Source of the DNA: Sphingomonas sp. UBA978
GTDB lineage: Bacteria > Pseudomonadota > Alphaproteobacteria > Sphingomonadales > Sphingomonadaceae
NCBI RefSeq assembly: GCF_002292295.1
Contig: NZ_DBBS01000018.1
Location: forward strand, 181,065-245,064
DNA length: 64,000 nucleotides
Direction of reading: 5' to 3'
A program made the position numbers and the translations under genes. Below, one piece after another: positions 29,814 to 39,739 of this stretch (the first letter of the stretch is position 1; the number at the start of each line of letters is the position of its first letter). Below the pieces are notes generated by a model. That model saw nothing but the letters and a program-made list of their open reading frames with translations. It was not told the origin of the DNA and made no database searches.

Positions 29814-30929
29814 TCAGACCCGCATCGGCATCAGCACGTACAGCGCCGGCGCCTTGTCGTTCTCGCGGATCAGCGTCGGGGCGGCGGCATCGTTCAGATG
29901 CACCTCGACCACGTCGCCGTCGATCTGGCCGAGGATGTCGAGGAGATAGCGGCTGTTGAAGCCGATCTCGAACGGCATCGCCGCATAGTCGCCCGGCACT
30001 TCCTCGGCGGCGGTGCCGTTCTCCGGGCTGGTCACCGACAATGTGATCTTGTCGCGATCCAGCGCCATCTTCACCGCGCGCGTCTTTTCGGTCGCGATCG
30101 TCGAGACGCGGTCGACGCCCTCCTCGAAGCTGCGCGGATCGAGCTTGAGGATCTTGTCGTTGCCGGTCGGGATGACGCGCGAATAATCGGGGAAGGTGCC
30201 GTCGATCAGCTTCGACGTCAGCACCGCCTGCCCCAGGTCGAACCGGATCTTGGTTCCCGACAGCGACACGCCGACCGAGCCGTCGACCTCGTCGAGCAGC
30301 TTGCGCAATTCGCCGACGCATTTGCGCGGCACGATCACGTCGGGCATCCCCGCCGCGCCGTCCGGCCGCGGCAGCGTGACGCGCGCCAGCCGGTGGCCGT
30401 CGGTCGCCGCCGCCTTCAGCGTCGGTTCGCTCGCCTCGTCCTGCACGTGCAGGAAGATGCCGTTGAGATAATAACGCGTCTCTTCGGTCGAGATCGCGAA
30501 GCGCGTCTTGTCGATGATCTGCTTCAGCGTTTCCGCCGGAATCTCGAACTGCGTCGGCAATTCGCCCTCGGCGATCACCGGGAAATCGTCGCGCGGCAGC
30601 GTGCCCAGGCTGAAGCGCGCGCGCCCCGCGACGATCGACATGCGACCCTCCGCGGCGTGCAGCTGCACCTGGCTGCCCTCGGGCAGCTTGCGCGCGATGT
30701 CGAACAGCGTGTGCGCCGACACCGTCGTCGATCCCGGCTGGTCCACCGCCGCCAGGATCGATTCGTTGATCTGCAGATCGAGGTCGGTCGCCATCAGCCG
30801 CAGCTGCCCTTCGGCGGTCGCCTCCAGCAGCACGTTCGACAGGATCGGAATGGTGTTGCGCCGCTCCACCACGGACTGGACATGGCTCAGCCCCTTGAGG
30901 AGCGTTGCGCGTTCGATCGTCGCCTTCAT
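29814..30929 (-). CDS. dnaN: DNA polymerase III subunit beta (sliding clamp)
   Basis: A 371-aa ORF opening MKATIERATLLKGLSHVQSVVERRNTIPILSNVLLEA. It is DnaN-like over its full length. Confidence 0.95.
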   Translation of the reverse strand: MKATIERATLLKGLSHVQSVVERRNTIPILSNVLLEATAEGQLRLMATDLDLQINESILAAVDQPGSTTVSAHTLFDIARKLPEGSQVQLHAAEGRMSIVAGRARFSLGTLPRDDFPVIAEGELPTQFEIPAETLKQIIDKTRFAISTEETRYYLNGIFLHVQDEASEPTLKAAATDGHRLARVTLPRPDGAAGMPDVIVPRKCVGELRKLLDEVDGSVGVSLSGTKIRFDLGQAVLTSKLIDGTFPDYSRVIPTGNDKILKLDPRSFEEGVDRVSTIATEKTRAVKMALDRDKITLSVTSPENGTAAEEVPGDYAAMPFEIGFNSRYLLDILGQIDGDVVEVHLNDAAAPTLIRENDKAPALYVLMPMRV

Positions 30930-30984
30930 GAATCGTACCCCCGTCCCCCGAGTCCGGGGCGTGTCCCGCCTGTCCTACCCATTT

Positions 30985-31014
30985 AAAAGGGGTCGGAGCA
31001 AGCACTCCGACCCC
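30985..31014 (-). terminator. Rho-independent terminator downstream of the OMP gene
   Basis: On the minus strand it reads ggggtcggag-tgcttg-ctccgacccc followed by TTTTAAAT: a perfect 10-bp GC-rich stem, a 6-nt loop and a T-tract. Confidence 0.75.
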
Positions 31015-31111
31015 TCGGGCGATTCCGGTTAACAGCGGGTTAGCATGGCGTGCGCCGAAGCGCCCCGTCGCGATCGCGCCGGGCCGGGCCGGGCCGGCAC
31101 CGCCTCTCGCA

Positions 31112-31714
31112 TCAGAAGCGCATGCCGACGCCCGCGACCAGCTGGTGCCGGTCAGCGTCGATGTCGAAGCTGTCGGCCTTGCCGTAATGCGAATAGCGAT
31201 ATTCGCCCTTCACATAGGTCTTCGCGCCGATCTGGTGCTCCAGCCCCGCGCCGAGCCGTAGGCCGTCGAGATCGACATGGTCGCTGGTCCGCGTGTTGCC
31301 GAGGTCGTAGCGCGCATCGACGCGGGCATTGGTATAGCCCGCCTTGGCATAGGCCATCGTCGACGGATTGAGCACGAAGCCGACGCGCCCGCCGACATAG
31401 ATGTCGCGCCCGGCATCGACGCGCAGGCGATCGCCCTGCGTTACCAGATTGTCGGTGCGCGTATCGGTGGTCGAGCCGGTCAGCTCGCCCTCGCCGCCGA
31501 CGATCAAGTTTTTGAGCTGCACGTCATAACCGACCGCGCCGCCATAGACGATGCCGTCGCTCGAGCTCGAATCCTGATCGTGACCGTCCTTCAGCGCGTC
31601 ATAACCCGCGACGCCCTCGATGCGCAGGCCGGTGAACGGCGCGCCGGTGGTCTGGGCCAGGACGGGGGTGGCGAACGCGGTCGTGGCGAGCGCGGCAAGA
31701 ATGAGTGTACGCAT
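31112..31714 (-). CDS. outer-membrane beta-barrel protein (Omp25/OmpW-like small porin family)
   Basis: It has a signal peptide (MRTLILAALATTAFATPVLAQ), alternating beta-strand pattern and a C-terminal ...GVGMRF. Confidence 0.8.
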   Translation of the reverse strand: MRTLILAALATTAFATPVLAQTTGAPFTGLRIEGVAGYDALKDGHDQDSSSSDGIVYGGAVGYDVQLKNLIVGGEGELTGSTTDTRTDNLVTQGDRLRVDAGRDIYVGGRVGFVLNPSTMAYAKAGYTNARVDARYDLGNTRTSDHVDLDGLRLGAGLEHQIGAKTYVKGEYRYSHYGKADSFDIDADRHQLVAGVGMRF

Positions 31715-31849
31715 GAACTACTCCATAGGCTGCCCCGGGAACACGGGGGCGGACGGCTCCAATGGCCCAAGCCCCGGGGCGTTGCATGAACCTCAGCTAA
31801 ACACGGAAAACCGTTGCTTTTGCGCCACAGCGATCCGACACCGGCGGGC

Positions 31850-32497
31850 ATGACCCAGCCCGCCCCCCCTGTCCGCAAGGGCCGCGACTTCATCGCCCGC
31901 CATGGCGAAACCGTCTTCAACGCCGCGCGCCGGTTGCAGGGCGACCATCCGCATACGCCGCTGACCCGCGCCGGCTTCGCGCAGGCGGAGGAGATCGGCC
32001 GGGCGTTGCGCGACCTGCTCGGGGCCAAGCCCGCGCTGACCCTCTGGGCCTCCCCCACCGGCCGCGCGCTCCAGACACTGGCGGTGATCGCCGAGCATCT
32101 CGACCTCGACTGGCACGCCGCGCAGACCGATCCGCGGCTGGGCGAGATCGGCATGGGCAGCTGGGGCGGCCGCTATTATGCCGACGTCGTCGGCGAGGTC
32201 GGGCCGGTGGTGACGGCCGAGGGGCTGCTCCGCCCCGCCGCCGATGGCGAGGATTACCGCCAGATCGCGACCCGCGTCGGCGGCTGGCTGGCCGACACCG
32301 ACGGGGATGCCGGCGACCGGCTGGTCATCAGCCACGGCATTTCCAGCCGCGTGCTGCGCGGGATGATGACCGGCGCGGACGTGCATCCCGAATGGGGTGC
32401 GCCGATCGCCGCCGGCCTGCCGCAGGGATCGCTGGTACGGGTCGCGGGCGGGGTCGAATCGGTCGCGCACCTCGGCACGGGCCACGCCCCCGCGTGA
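31850..32497 (+). CDS. histidine phosphatase family protein (phosphoglycerate-mutase-like)
   Basis: From ORF 31814..32497, with the start taken at MTQPAPP. It has the RHGET catalytic motif (FIARHGETVFN) and a later ISHG. Confidence 0.8.
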   Translation: MTQPAPPVRKGRDFIARHGETVFNAARRLQGDHPHTPLTRAGFAQAEEIGRALRDLLGAKPALTLWASPTGRALQTLAVIAEHLDLDWHAAQTDPRLGEIGMGSWGGRYYADVVGEVGPVVTAEGLLRPAADGEDYRQIATRVGGWLADTDGDAGDRLVISHGISSRVLRGMMTGADVHPEWGAPIAAGLPQGSLVRVAGGVESVAHLGTGHAPA

Positions 32498-32961
32498 GGC
32501 TGCTACTCGCCGCCCTGCTGGTCGCGGCGCCGGCGACGGCGCGCGAGACGATCGGCGTCTACCGCAGCTGGGGTGCCTTTCGCGACGCGGCCCCGGCGCG
32601 TTGCTACGCGATCGCCCGCCCCGTCGCCGCGGGCGGACGCAGTGGCGGCTGGGCCAGCGTCGCCAGCTGGCCAGCCCGCGGCCTGCGCTCCTCGCTCCAC
32701 GTCCGCCTGTCGCGCGAGCGGGACCGCTCCGCCCCCGTCACGCTGACCGTCGGCGAGCGCCGCTTCGAACTCGCCGCTAACGGCCTCGACGCCTGGGCCG
32801 CCGACGCCCCCAGCGACCGCGCCATCGCCGCCGCCCTCCGCTCCGGCCGCAGCATGAGCGTCGAGGCAGTCGGCGCCGGGGGGAGGCCGTTCGCCGACGT
32901 CTACCTGCTCGCCGGCGCCGCGACCGCGATCGACGCGGCGGCGCTGGGCTGCGTGCGCTAG
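32494..32961 (+). CDS. hypothetical secreted protein
   Basis: A GTG start overlaps the upstream stop (GTGA). It has a signal peptide ([16 protein letters not shown]), strong GC3 bias and two Cys residues. I recognise no motif securely. Confidence 0.55.
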   Translation: MRLLLAALLVAAPATARETIGVYRSWGAFRDAAPARCYAIARPVAAGGRSGGWASVASWPARGLRSSLHVRLSRERDRSAPVTLTVGERRFELAANGLDAWAADAPSDRAIAAALRSGRSMSVEAVGAGGRPFADVYLLAGAATAIDAAALGCVR

Positions 32962-33016
32962 GGGCGCCCATACCGACGGGATGGAAAGCCGGCCCGTTTT
33001 CGGCTATATACCGACG

Positions 33017-34225
33017 ATGCTCGACAGCGTTGCCCCACCCATGCCCATTCCGGGCCACATCGACCCTGTGCCGGTTCCCCGCGCCAAGACCTTTCGCGAG
33101 GACGGCCGGATCGACCTGATCGGCCTCGGCAAGGACGAGTTGCGCGCGGCGCTGCTCGACGCCGGCATGGAGCTGCGCCAGGCGAAGCTGCGCGCCAAGC
33201 AGATCTGGCACTGGCTCTACAATCGCGGCGCGACCGAATTTTCGGCGATGAGCGATATCTCGAAGACCATGCATCCGTGGCTGGAGGAACGCTTCGTCAT
33301 CGGCCGGCCCGAGGTGATCGAGGCGCAGGTGTCGACGGACGGCACGCGCAAATGGCTGCTGCGCTCGCCCGACGGGCAGGATTACGAGGCGGTGTTCATC
33401 CCCGACGCGGACCGCGGCACGCTGTGCGTGTCGAGCCAGGTCGGCTGCACGCTCAACTGCCGCTTCTGCCACACCGGCACGATGCGCCTCGTCCGCAACC
33501 TGACCGCGGGCGAGATCGTCGGCCAGGTCATGCTCGCCCGCGACGCGCTCGGCGAATGGCCGAGCCAGCCCGAGGGGCGCATGCTCACCAACATCGTCAT
33601 GATGGGCATGGGCGAACCGCTCTACAATTTCGATGCGGTCCGCGACGCGTTGAAGCTGGTGATGGACGGCGACGGCCTCGCGCTGTCGAAGCGCCGCATC
33701 ACCCTGTCGACCAGCGGCGTCGTGCCGATGATGGCCCGCGCCGGCGAGGAGATCGGCGTCAACCTCGCCGTTTCGCTGCACGCGGTGACCAAGGAGGTGC
33801 GCGACGAGATCGTGCCGCTCAACAAGAAATACGGCATCGAGGAATTGCTGCAGGCCTGCGCCGATTATCCCGGCGCCAACAACGCCCGCCGCATCACGTT
33901 CGAATATGTGATGCTGAAGGACAAGAACGATTCGGATGCGGAGGCGCACGAACTCGTCCGCCTGCTGCGCAAGTACAAGCTGCCCGCCAAGGTCAACCTG
34001 ATCCCGTTCAACCCCTGGCCGGGCGCGCCCTACGACACCTCGACGCCGGAGCGGGTGCGCCGGTTCAGCGACATCATCTTCGAAGGCGGCATTTCCGCGC
34101 CCGTCCGCACCCCGCGCGGTCGCGACATCGATGCCGCCTGCGGCCAGCTGAAGACCGCCGCCGAGAAGAAGAGCCGCGCGCAGATGGATCGCGAGGCGGA
34201 CGAGAAGATGGCCGCGCTTGGCTGA
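33017..34225 (+). CDS. rlmN: 23S rRNA (adenine2503-C2)/tRNA methyltransferase, radical SAM
   Basis: It has the radical-SAM motif [11 protein letters not shown] and is RlmN-like throughout. I chose the start at 33017 over 32981 because the 12 extra codons are AT3-rich (including ATA). Confidence 0.9.
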   Translation: MLDSVAPPMPIPGHIDPVPVPRAKTFREDGRIDLIGLGKDELRAALLDAGMELRQAKLRAKQIWHWLYNRGATEFSAMSDISKTMHPWLEERFVIGRPEVIEAQVSTDGTRKWLLRSPDGQDYEAVFIPDADRGTLCVSSQVGCTLNCRFCHTGTMRLVRNLTAGEIVGQVMLARDALGEWPSQPEGRMLTNIVMMGMGEPLYNFDAVRDALKLVMDGDGLALSKRRITLSTSGVVPMMARAGEEIGVNLAVSLHAVTKEVRDEIVPLNKKYGIEELLQACADYPGANNARRITFEYVMLKDKNDSDAEAHELVRLLRKYKLPAKVNLIPFNPWPGAPYDTSTPERVRRFSDIIFEGGISAPVRTPRGRDIDAACGQLKTAAEKKSRAQMDREADEKMAALG

Positions 34226-34234
34226 TCCCGCCCG

Positions 34235-34993
34235 ATGACGGACTGGGGCGCGCTCGCGCTGGCGGCGGGTGCGGGGATGCTGGGCGGGGCGATGAACGCG
34301 CTCGCCGGCGGCGGCTCGTTCGCGACCATGCCGACGCTAATCATGCTCGGCCTCCCCTCCACCGTCGCCAACGCCACCAGCAACGTCGCGGTGCAGCCGG
34401 GCGCGGTCGCCAGCGCCTGGGCGTATCGCGCCGGCCTTGCGCCGATCGGCGGCATCGGCGTGCGCACGCTGGCGGGCATCACCTTCATGGGTGGCCTCGC
34501 CGGCAGCCTGTTGCTCGCCTGGACACCGGCGAGCGCGTTCGACGTCATCGTCCCCTGGCTGCTGCTCGCGGCGACGATCGCCATCGCGCTCGGCCGCCAT
34601 GCCTCCGACTGGCTGAGCACGCGCTTTGCCGCCGGCCCGCGCAGCATCGTCGCGGGCCAGGCGCTGCTCGGCATCTATGGCGGCTATTTCGGCGGCGGCG
34701 TCGGCATGATGCTGACCGCGATGTGGGGGCTGCTGACCGGCGCGACGCCCGCCGCGCTCGCCGCGCCGCGCACGCTGATGCTCGCCGTCGCCAACACCGC
34801 GGCGACGATCGTGTTCGTCGTCAGCGGCATGGTCGCCTGGACATTGTGCGCGCCGATGATGATCGGATCGATCGCCGGCGGCTATCTCGGCGCGCTGGTC
34901 GGCCGCCGCCTGTCGCCGGGCATCATCCGCGGCTGGACGCTGCTGGTGACGATCGTCACCACCGCCGTGTTCTTCTGGAGGGCCTACGCCTAA
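34235..34993 (+). CDS. TauE/SafE (TSUP) family membrane transporter
   Basis: A 252-aa polytopic membrane protein. The stretch GGAMNALAGGGSFATMPTLI is typical of the TSUP family. Confidence 0.8.
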   Translation: MTDWGALALAAGAGMLGGAMNALAGGGSFATMPTLIMLGLPSTVANATSNVAVQPGAVASAWAYRAGLAPIGGIGVRTLAGITFMGGLAGSLLLAWTPASAFDVIVPWLLLAATIAIALGRHASDWLSTRFAAGPRSIVAGQALLGIYGGYFGGGVGMMLTAMWGLLTGATPAALAAPRTLMLAVANTAATIVFVVSGMVAWTLCAPMMIGSIAGGYLGALVGRRLSPGIIRGWTLLVTIVTTAVFFWRAYA

Positions 34994-35607
34994 CCCGGCC
35001 GGCGCATCCGGAACAAGGTCTCCGGCGTCACCTCGAAATAATCCGCCGGCCCGCCACCGCGCAGGATCGGGCGGGCACGGGCGGTCTGGTACACGCCCTC
35101 GTCCAGCATGGCGGTGTCGATATGGATGCCGACCGCCTCGCCGATCACCAGATACTGGTCCAGTTCCGCCCCCGCACGGTCGGTCAGCCGGATCAGCTGC
35201 GTCAGCCGGCATTCGAAGCTGACCGGGCTCGCCGCCACCCGCGGCGGCGCAACCAGCCGCGAGGGCGTCGTCGCCAGACCCGCCAGCGCGAATTCGTCGA
35301 CGTCGGCGGCCACGCTCGCCGCCGTCGCGTTCATCGCCTCCGCCAGATCGCGCGTCGCCAGGCTCCAGACGAATTCGCCGGTCGCGTTGATATTGGCGAC
35401 GCTGTCCTTCCACCCCATGCTCGAAAAGCCGATCAGCGGCGGCGTGTAGTTCAGCAGGTTGAAGAAGCTGTAGGGCGCGATGTTGCGCACCCCGTCCGCC
35501 GACACGGTGCTGATCCAGCCGATCGGGCGCGGCGCCACCATCGCGTTGAGGGGGTCGTGCGGAAGGCCGTGGCCGTCGCGCGGTTCGTAGAAATGCCATT
35601 CGGTCAT
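34990..35607 (-). CDS. flavin reductase family protein (FMN-binding split barrel)
   Basis: From ORF 34990..35643, trimmed to MTEWHFYEPRDG. It contains VAPRPIGWISTVSADGVRNIAPYSFFN, the flavin-reductase-like domain signature. Confidence 0.8.
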   Translation of the reverse strand: MTEWHFYEPRDGHGLPHDPLNAMVAPRPIGWISTVSADGVRNIAPYSFFNLLNYTPPLIGFSSMGWKDSVANINATGEFVWSLATRDLAEAMNATAASVAADVDEFALAGLATTPSRLVAPPRVAASPVSFECRLTQLIRLTDRAGAELDQYLVIGEAVGIHIDTAMLDEGVYQTARARPILRGGGPADYFEVTPETLFRMRRPG

Positions 35608-35627
35608 GCGCACATAACTGCTACAAA

Positions 35628-36341
35628 GTGGGGATGGACCCAATAGCGCCCGGTACGTCGATCTTTCGCCATGCGCTGGCGACGCGGATCTGGCACTGGA
35701 TCAATGCCGTCGCGATCTTCGTGCTGATCGGCAGCGGCCTCGGCATCTCGAACGCGCATCCGCGGCTCTACTGGGGGCGCTATGGTGCGAATTTCGACCA
35801 TGCCTGGGCGCAATTACCGCGCTTCCCGGCGTGGATCACGATTCCGGCGAACTACAATCTCGCCATCTCGCGGCGCTGGCACCTGCTGTTCGCGCTGGTG
35901 CTGGCGTTCGGCCTGCTCGGCTTCATGATCGCCAGCCTCGTCAACCGCCATTTCCAGCGCAAACTCACGCTCAAGCATGCCGACGTCAGCCCCGCGCATC
36001 TGGCGCAGGACGTGCGAGACCATCTGAACTTCCGCTTCCACGACGCCAAGGATCCCGGCGCCTACAACAGCCTCCAGAAATGGAGCTATATTCTGACGAT
36101 CTTCGTCATGCTGCCGCTGATGATCCTGACCGGGCTCGCGCTGTCGCCGGGCATGAATGCGGCCTGGCCATGGCTGCTCGACCTGTTCGGCGGCCGGCAG
36201 TCGGCGCGCTCGATCCACTTCGTCACCTGTGCCGCGATCGGCGGCTTCGTCGTCGTCCACCTGACGCTCGTCATCCTCGCCGGCGCGGGCAACGAGCTCA
36301 GATCGATGATAACCGGCCGGTGGAAGGTGCCGAAAGCATGA
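35628..36341 (+). CDS. cytochrome b-type membrane subunit (Ni/Fe-hydrogenase cytochrome b family)
   Basis: It has four TM helices with conserved His residues (RIWHWINA, RRWHLLFA, SIHF). It is ATGA-coupled to the downstream molybdoenzyme. Confidence 0.75.
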   Translation: MGMDPIAPGTSIFRHALATRIWHWINAVAIFVLIGSGLGISNAHPRLYWGRYGANFDHAWAQLPRFPAWITIPANYNLAISRRWHLLFALVLAFGLLGFMIASLVNRHFQRKLTLKHADVSPAHLAQDVRDHLNFRFHDAKDPGAYNSLQKWSYILTIFVMLPLMILTGLALSPGMNAAWPWLLDLFGGRQSARSIHFVTCAAIGGFVVVHLTLVILAGAGNELRSMITGRWKVPKA

Positions 36342-37084
36342 TACTCGCCCGCCGCACCCTCATCACCGGCAGCGCCGGGCTGCTGCTCGCCGGCTGCGAG
36401 CGGGTCGCCGCCATCCCGCAAGCGCGCAAGATCCTGTTCGCGGGCGAGGACATGCACCGCGGCCTGCAACGCGCGCTGATGGACCGGGGGGCGCTCGCCC
36501 CCGAATTCACGCCCGAACAGATGTCGCCGATCTTCCGCGCCAACGGCACGCGCGATCCCGGCACCCCCGCCTATGCCGCGATGGTCGCCAACGGTTTCGC
36601 CGACTATCGCCTGCGCGTCGGCGGCCTCGTCGACCGGCCGCTGTCGCTCAGCCTCGCGCAGCTCGCCGCGATGCCCGCGCGCCGGCAGATCACCCGCCAC
36701 GATTGCGTCGAGGGGTGGAGCGCGATCGGCGCCTGGCAGGGCCCGCTGCTCGGCACCGTGCTGATGGCGGCGGGGATGCGCGGCACCGCGCGCTATGTCG
36801 TCTTCACCTGCGCCGACCTCTACAACGGCCAGCCCTATTACGAATCGATCGACACGATCGACGCCTTTCATCCGCAGACGATCCTGGCGCTGAAGATGAA
36901 CGGCGCGCGCCTGACCGTGCCGCACGGCGCGCCTGTGCGCCTCCGCGTCGAGCGCCAACTGGGCTACAAACACGCCAAATACGTCACCGGCATCGACGCG
37001 GTCGACACCCTCGCCGGCATCGGCAAGGGCAAGGGCGGCTATTGGGAGGACAATGTCGATTACGATTGGTATGCCGGCATCTAG
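36338..37084 (+). CDS. molybdopterin-dependent oxidoreductase (sulfite-oxidase fold, YedY/MsrP-related)
   Basis: This is the C-terminal 248 aa of ORF 35831..37084. It has an N-terminal RRTLITGSAGLLLAGC (Tat-like RR plus lipobox) and the Mo-ligand cysteine context ITRHDCVEGWS. Confidence 0.75.
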   Translation: MILARRTLITGSAGLLLAGCERVAAIPQARKILFAGEDMHRGLQRALMDRGALAPEFTPEQMSPIFRANGTRDPGTPAYAAMVANGFADYRLRVGGLVDRPLSLSLAQLAAMPARRQITRHDCVEGWSAIGAWQGPLLGTVLMAAGMRGTARYVVFTCADLYNGQPYYESIDTIDAFHPQTILALKMNGARLTVPHGAPVRLRVERQLGYKHAKYVTGIDAVDTLAGIGKGKGGYWEDNVDYDWYAGI

Positions 37085-37101
37085 GACAGTAAAGCGGCCC
37101 C

Positions 37102-38340
37102 ATGGCGCTGATCGATATCTTCCTCAGCCGCGCCGTGAAGCGTGGCCAACTCACCCTCCATCGCCCCGGCAAGCCGCCCGCCACCTTCGGCACGCCCGAT
37201 CCCGACCATGGCCACGTCACCATCCGCTTCGCCGATAACGGCGTCGCGGGCCGCATCGTCCGCAACCCCGCGCTGGCGGCGGGCGAGATGTACATGGACG
37301 GGCGGCTGACTGTCGACGGCGACGACATCATGGGCCTCGTCCGCCTGCTCAAGCGCAACAGCGCGTGGGAGCGCGGACAGAATGCGCTGAAGCCCTCAAC
37401 CTTCGTCCAGGGCCTGGGCGCGGTGAAGCACCGGCTCGACCGCATCAACATGGAGCGCCGCTCGAAGCGCAACGTCGCGCACCATTACGATCTGTCGGCG
37501 CGGCTCTACGACCTGTTTCTCGACGCCGACAAACAATATAGCTGCGCCTATTACACCAGCCCCGACAACCCGCTGGAACAGGCGCAGACCGACAAGCTGG
37601 CGCATATCGCCGCCAAGCTGGCGCTGCGTCCCGGCATGTGCGTGCTCGACATCGGCTGCGGCTGGGGCGGCATGGCTCTTTACCTCAACCGGCATTTCGG
37701 CGTGGAGGTGCTCGGCGTCACTTTGTCCGAAGAACAGTTCAAGATCGCGCGCGAACGCGCCGCCGCGGCCGGCGTCGCCGACAGGGTTCGGTTCGAGCTG
37801 ATCGACTATCGCCGCGTCGAGGGCCGCTTCGACCGCATCGTCTCGGTCGGCATGTTCGAACATGTCGGCCCGCCGCAATACCGCACCTTCTTTCGCAAAT
37901 GCCGCGACCTGCTGACGCCCGATGGCGTGATGCTGCTCCACACCATCGGCCGGCTCGGGCCGCCGAGCGTCACCGACGACTGGACGACGAAATACATCTT
38001 CCCGGGCGGCTATAATCCGGCCCTGTCGGAGGTGATGCAGGCGTTCGAGGGGCTGAAGCTGTTCCTGACCGACGTCGAGGTGCTGCGCCTGCATTACGCC
38101 TATACGCTGCACGAATGGTACGCGCGCACCCTCGCGGCGCGCGATGCCATCGTCGCGCTGTACGACGAACGCTTCTACCGGATGTGGACCTTCTACCTCG
38201 CCGGCGCGGCGAATGCGTTCGAGAATGGCGGGCTGGTCAATTACCAGATCCAGTTCAGCCGCAGCCGCACCGAACTGCCGATCACCCGCGACTATATGTT
38301 CGAGGGCGAGCGCGCCTTGCGGGACGGCCGGACCTCCTAA
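37102..38340 (+). CDS. cyclopropane-fatty-acyl-phospholipid synthase family methyltransferase
   Basis: A 412-aa protein with the SAM-binding motif VLDIGCGWGG. It is CFA-synthase-like (YDLSARLYDLFLD, FEHVG). Confidence 0.85.
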   Translation: MALIDIFLSRAVKRGQLTLHRPGKPPATFGTPDPDHGHVTIRFADNGVAGRIVRNPALAAGEMYMDGRLTVDGDDIMGLVRLLKRNSAWERGQNALKPSTFVQGLGAVKHRLDRINMERRSKRNVAHHYDLSARLYDLFLDADKQYSCAYYTSPDNPLEQAQTDKLAHIAAKLALRPGMCVLDIGCGWGGMALYLNRHFGVEVLGVTLSEEQFKIARERAAAAGVADRVRFELIDYRRVEGRFDRIVSVGMFEHVGPPQYRTFFRKCRDLLTPDGVMLLHTIGRLGPPSVTDDWTTKYIFPGGYNPALSEVMQAFEGLKLFLTDVEVLRLHYAYTLHEWYARTLAARDAIVALYDERFYRMWTFYLAGAANAFENGGLVNYQIQFSRSRTELPITRDYMFEGERALRDGRTS

Positions 38341-38402
38341 CGGCGTGGCCGCCCGTCCCGCCGCGGGACGGGCGCGAAACCGCGGCGGACGATGCGCCGC
38401 GC

Positions 38403-39488
38403 ATGGGCTATAGCCGCGCCATGCGGGTGCCGATGCGAACGATCCGGACGATGACGCGTGTGTGGGCGGCGCTGGTGACGCTCGGCCTCGCGCTAGCGAT
38501 CGCGCTCGCGGCGCAGGGCGCATGGCGCGCGATCGCCGCGCATCGCGACGACGGCATCCCGCCGCTGCCCGCCCCTGCGGGCTATGAGGCGGAGGATCAC
38601 TTCCCCGGCGCGGCGCTGCTCTACACCGCCGTCGCCGTGGGACAAAGCGACGCCACCGCCGCCCCGGCGCAGGGGGTGACCGGCACCATCGCCCTGCCCG
38701 CGCTGCCCGTCTCCGCCGCCGCCGCAAGCGCCGCGATGCGCGCCGATGCCGGGGTCGCCGCCCCCTTCTCCATCAAGGCGTCCGCCGCCGTCGACCGCGC
38801 CCGCGCGCTCGAATGCCTGACCGCGGCAATCTATTACGAGGCCGCATCGGAGCCCGACGCCGGCCAGTCCGCGGTCGCGCAGGTGATCCTCAACCGCGTC
38901 CGCCACCCCGCCTTTCCCGCGACCGTGTGCGGCGTCGTCTATCAGGGGTCGGAGCGGGCCGGCTGCCAGTTCAGCTTCGCCTGCGACGGCGCGATGGCGC
39001 GCATCCCCGCCCGGGCCGGCTGGGCGCGCGCCGCACGCACCGCGGCGATGGCGCTCGCGGGCTATGTCTACGCGCCGGTCGGGCTCGCGACGCATTACCA
39101 CACCTATGCGGTGACGCCGGCGTGGAACCGCGGCCTCGTCATGACCGACGTCGTCGGCGCCCACCTGTTCCACCGGTGGAAGGGCTATTGGGGCACCCGC
39201 ACCGCCTTCCGCCAGCCCTATCGCGGCGGCGAGCCCGTTCCCGGCCCGCACACGCCGCCGATCGTACCGCCGGTCGCGGCGTCGCCGACGCTGATCGCCA
39301 CGGTCGCGCCGCTACCGGTCGCGCCGGTGACCAACGCCGCGCAGGTTCGCCCCGCCTATGCCGACAGCGGCAGTTACGTCACGCCACCCGCAGCGACGGC
39401 GCCTGCGCCGGGCCGCGCGCCGGACAGTCTGCCGCCGGCCGCGCAGGTACTCGACAAATGGAAGGATTCGGGCAAGCCGCTGCTTTGA
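38403..39488 (+). CDS. cell-wall hydrolase, SleB (Hydrolase_2) domain protein
   Basis: From ORF 38115..39488; the start is uncertain among ATGs at 38403, 38421, 38433 and 38451. It has a TM/signal segment, the SleB-type core ECLTAAIYYEAASEPDAGQSAVAQVILNRV...CQFSFACDG, and a Pro/Ala-rich tail. Confidence 0.8.
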   Translation: MGYSRAMRVPMRTIRTMTRVWAALVTLGLALAIALAAQGAWRAIAAHRDDGIPPLPAPAGYEAEDHFPGAALLYTAVAVGQSDATAAPAQGVTGTIALPALPVSAAAASAAMRADAGVAAPFSIKASAAVDRARALECLTAAIYYEAASEPDAGQSAVAQVILNRVRHPAFPATVCGVVYQGSERAGCQFSFACDGAMARIPARAGWARAARTAAMALAGYVYAPVGLATHYHTYAVTPAWNRGLVMTDVVGAHLFHRWKGYWGTRTAFRQPYRGGEPVPGPHTPPIVPPVAASPTLIATVAPLPVAPVTNAAQVRPAYADSGSYVTPPAATAPAPGRAPDSLPPAAQVLDKWKDSGKPLL

Positions 39489-39543
39489 CGGCGGCGGGCT
39501 TTGCCGGGAGATGCGCCCCTCGCGAGCGACTTCAGCAGGCAGC

Positions 39544-39705
39544 AAGGCCAAGGCAGAAGAGGGGGTTCGCGCGGAGGCGCGGAGGACGCAGAGGGGGAGC
39601 GCTCGCTGCGATGTTATTCCCTATACATCACGCCCTTGATGACAGCATTGCGCTGCCGCACGCGCGACACCTTCGCGTCCTCCGCGCCTCCGCGCGAACA
39701 CAATA
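39544..39705. repeat. MITE-like structured repeat, copy B (inverted relative to copy A)
   Basis: The arms are aaggccaaggcagaagagggggttcgcgcggaggcgcggaggacgc and gcgtcctccgcgcctccgcgcgaacacaataacg. The reverse complement of the core aligns with the core of 25438-25645. The element lies between convergent genes. Confidence 0.75.
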
Positions 39706-39739
39706 ACGATGCGATGGCGCCTGGTTCGATGACCCGCAG

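Noticed and set aside
31079-31097. Pentanucleotide tandem (CCGGG/GGGCC, about 3.8 copies) just downstream of the OMP gene stop.
   Set aside because: It is short, GC-rich simple sequence in a 3' UTR upstream of a clear terminator. Nothing suggests a function beyond chance in this base composition.
39723-39729. GGTTCGA, a tRNA T-arm-like string, near the end of the MITE-like copy B.
   Set aside because: The flanking sequence cannot be folded into acceptor, D and anticodon arms, and it lies at the 3' end of the S9 peptidase region. I found no tRNA or tmRNA anywhere in the window.
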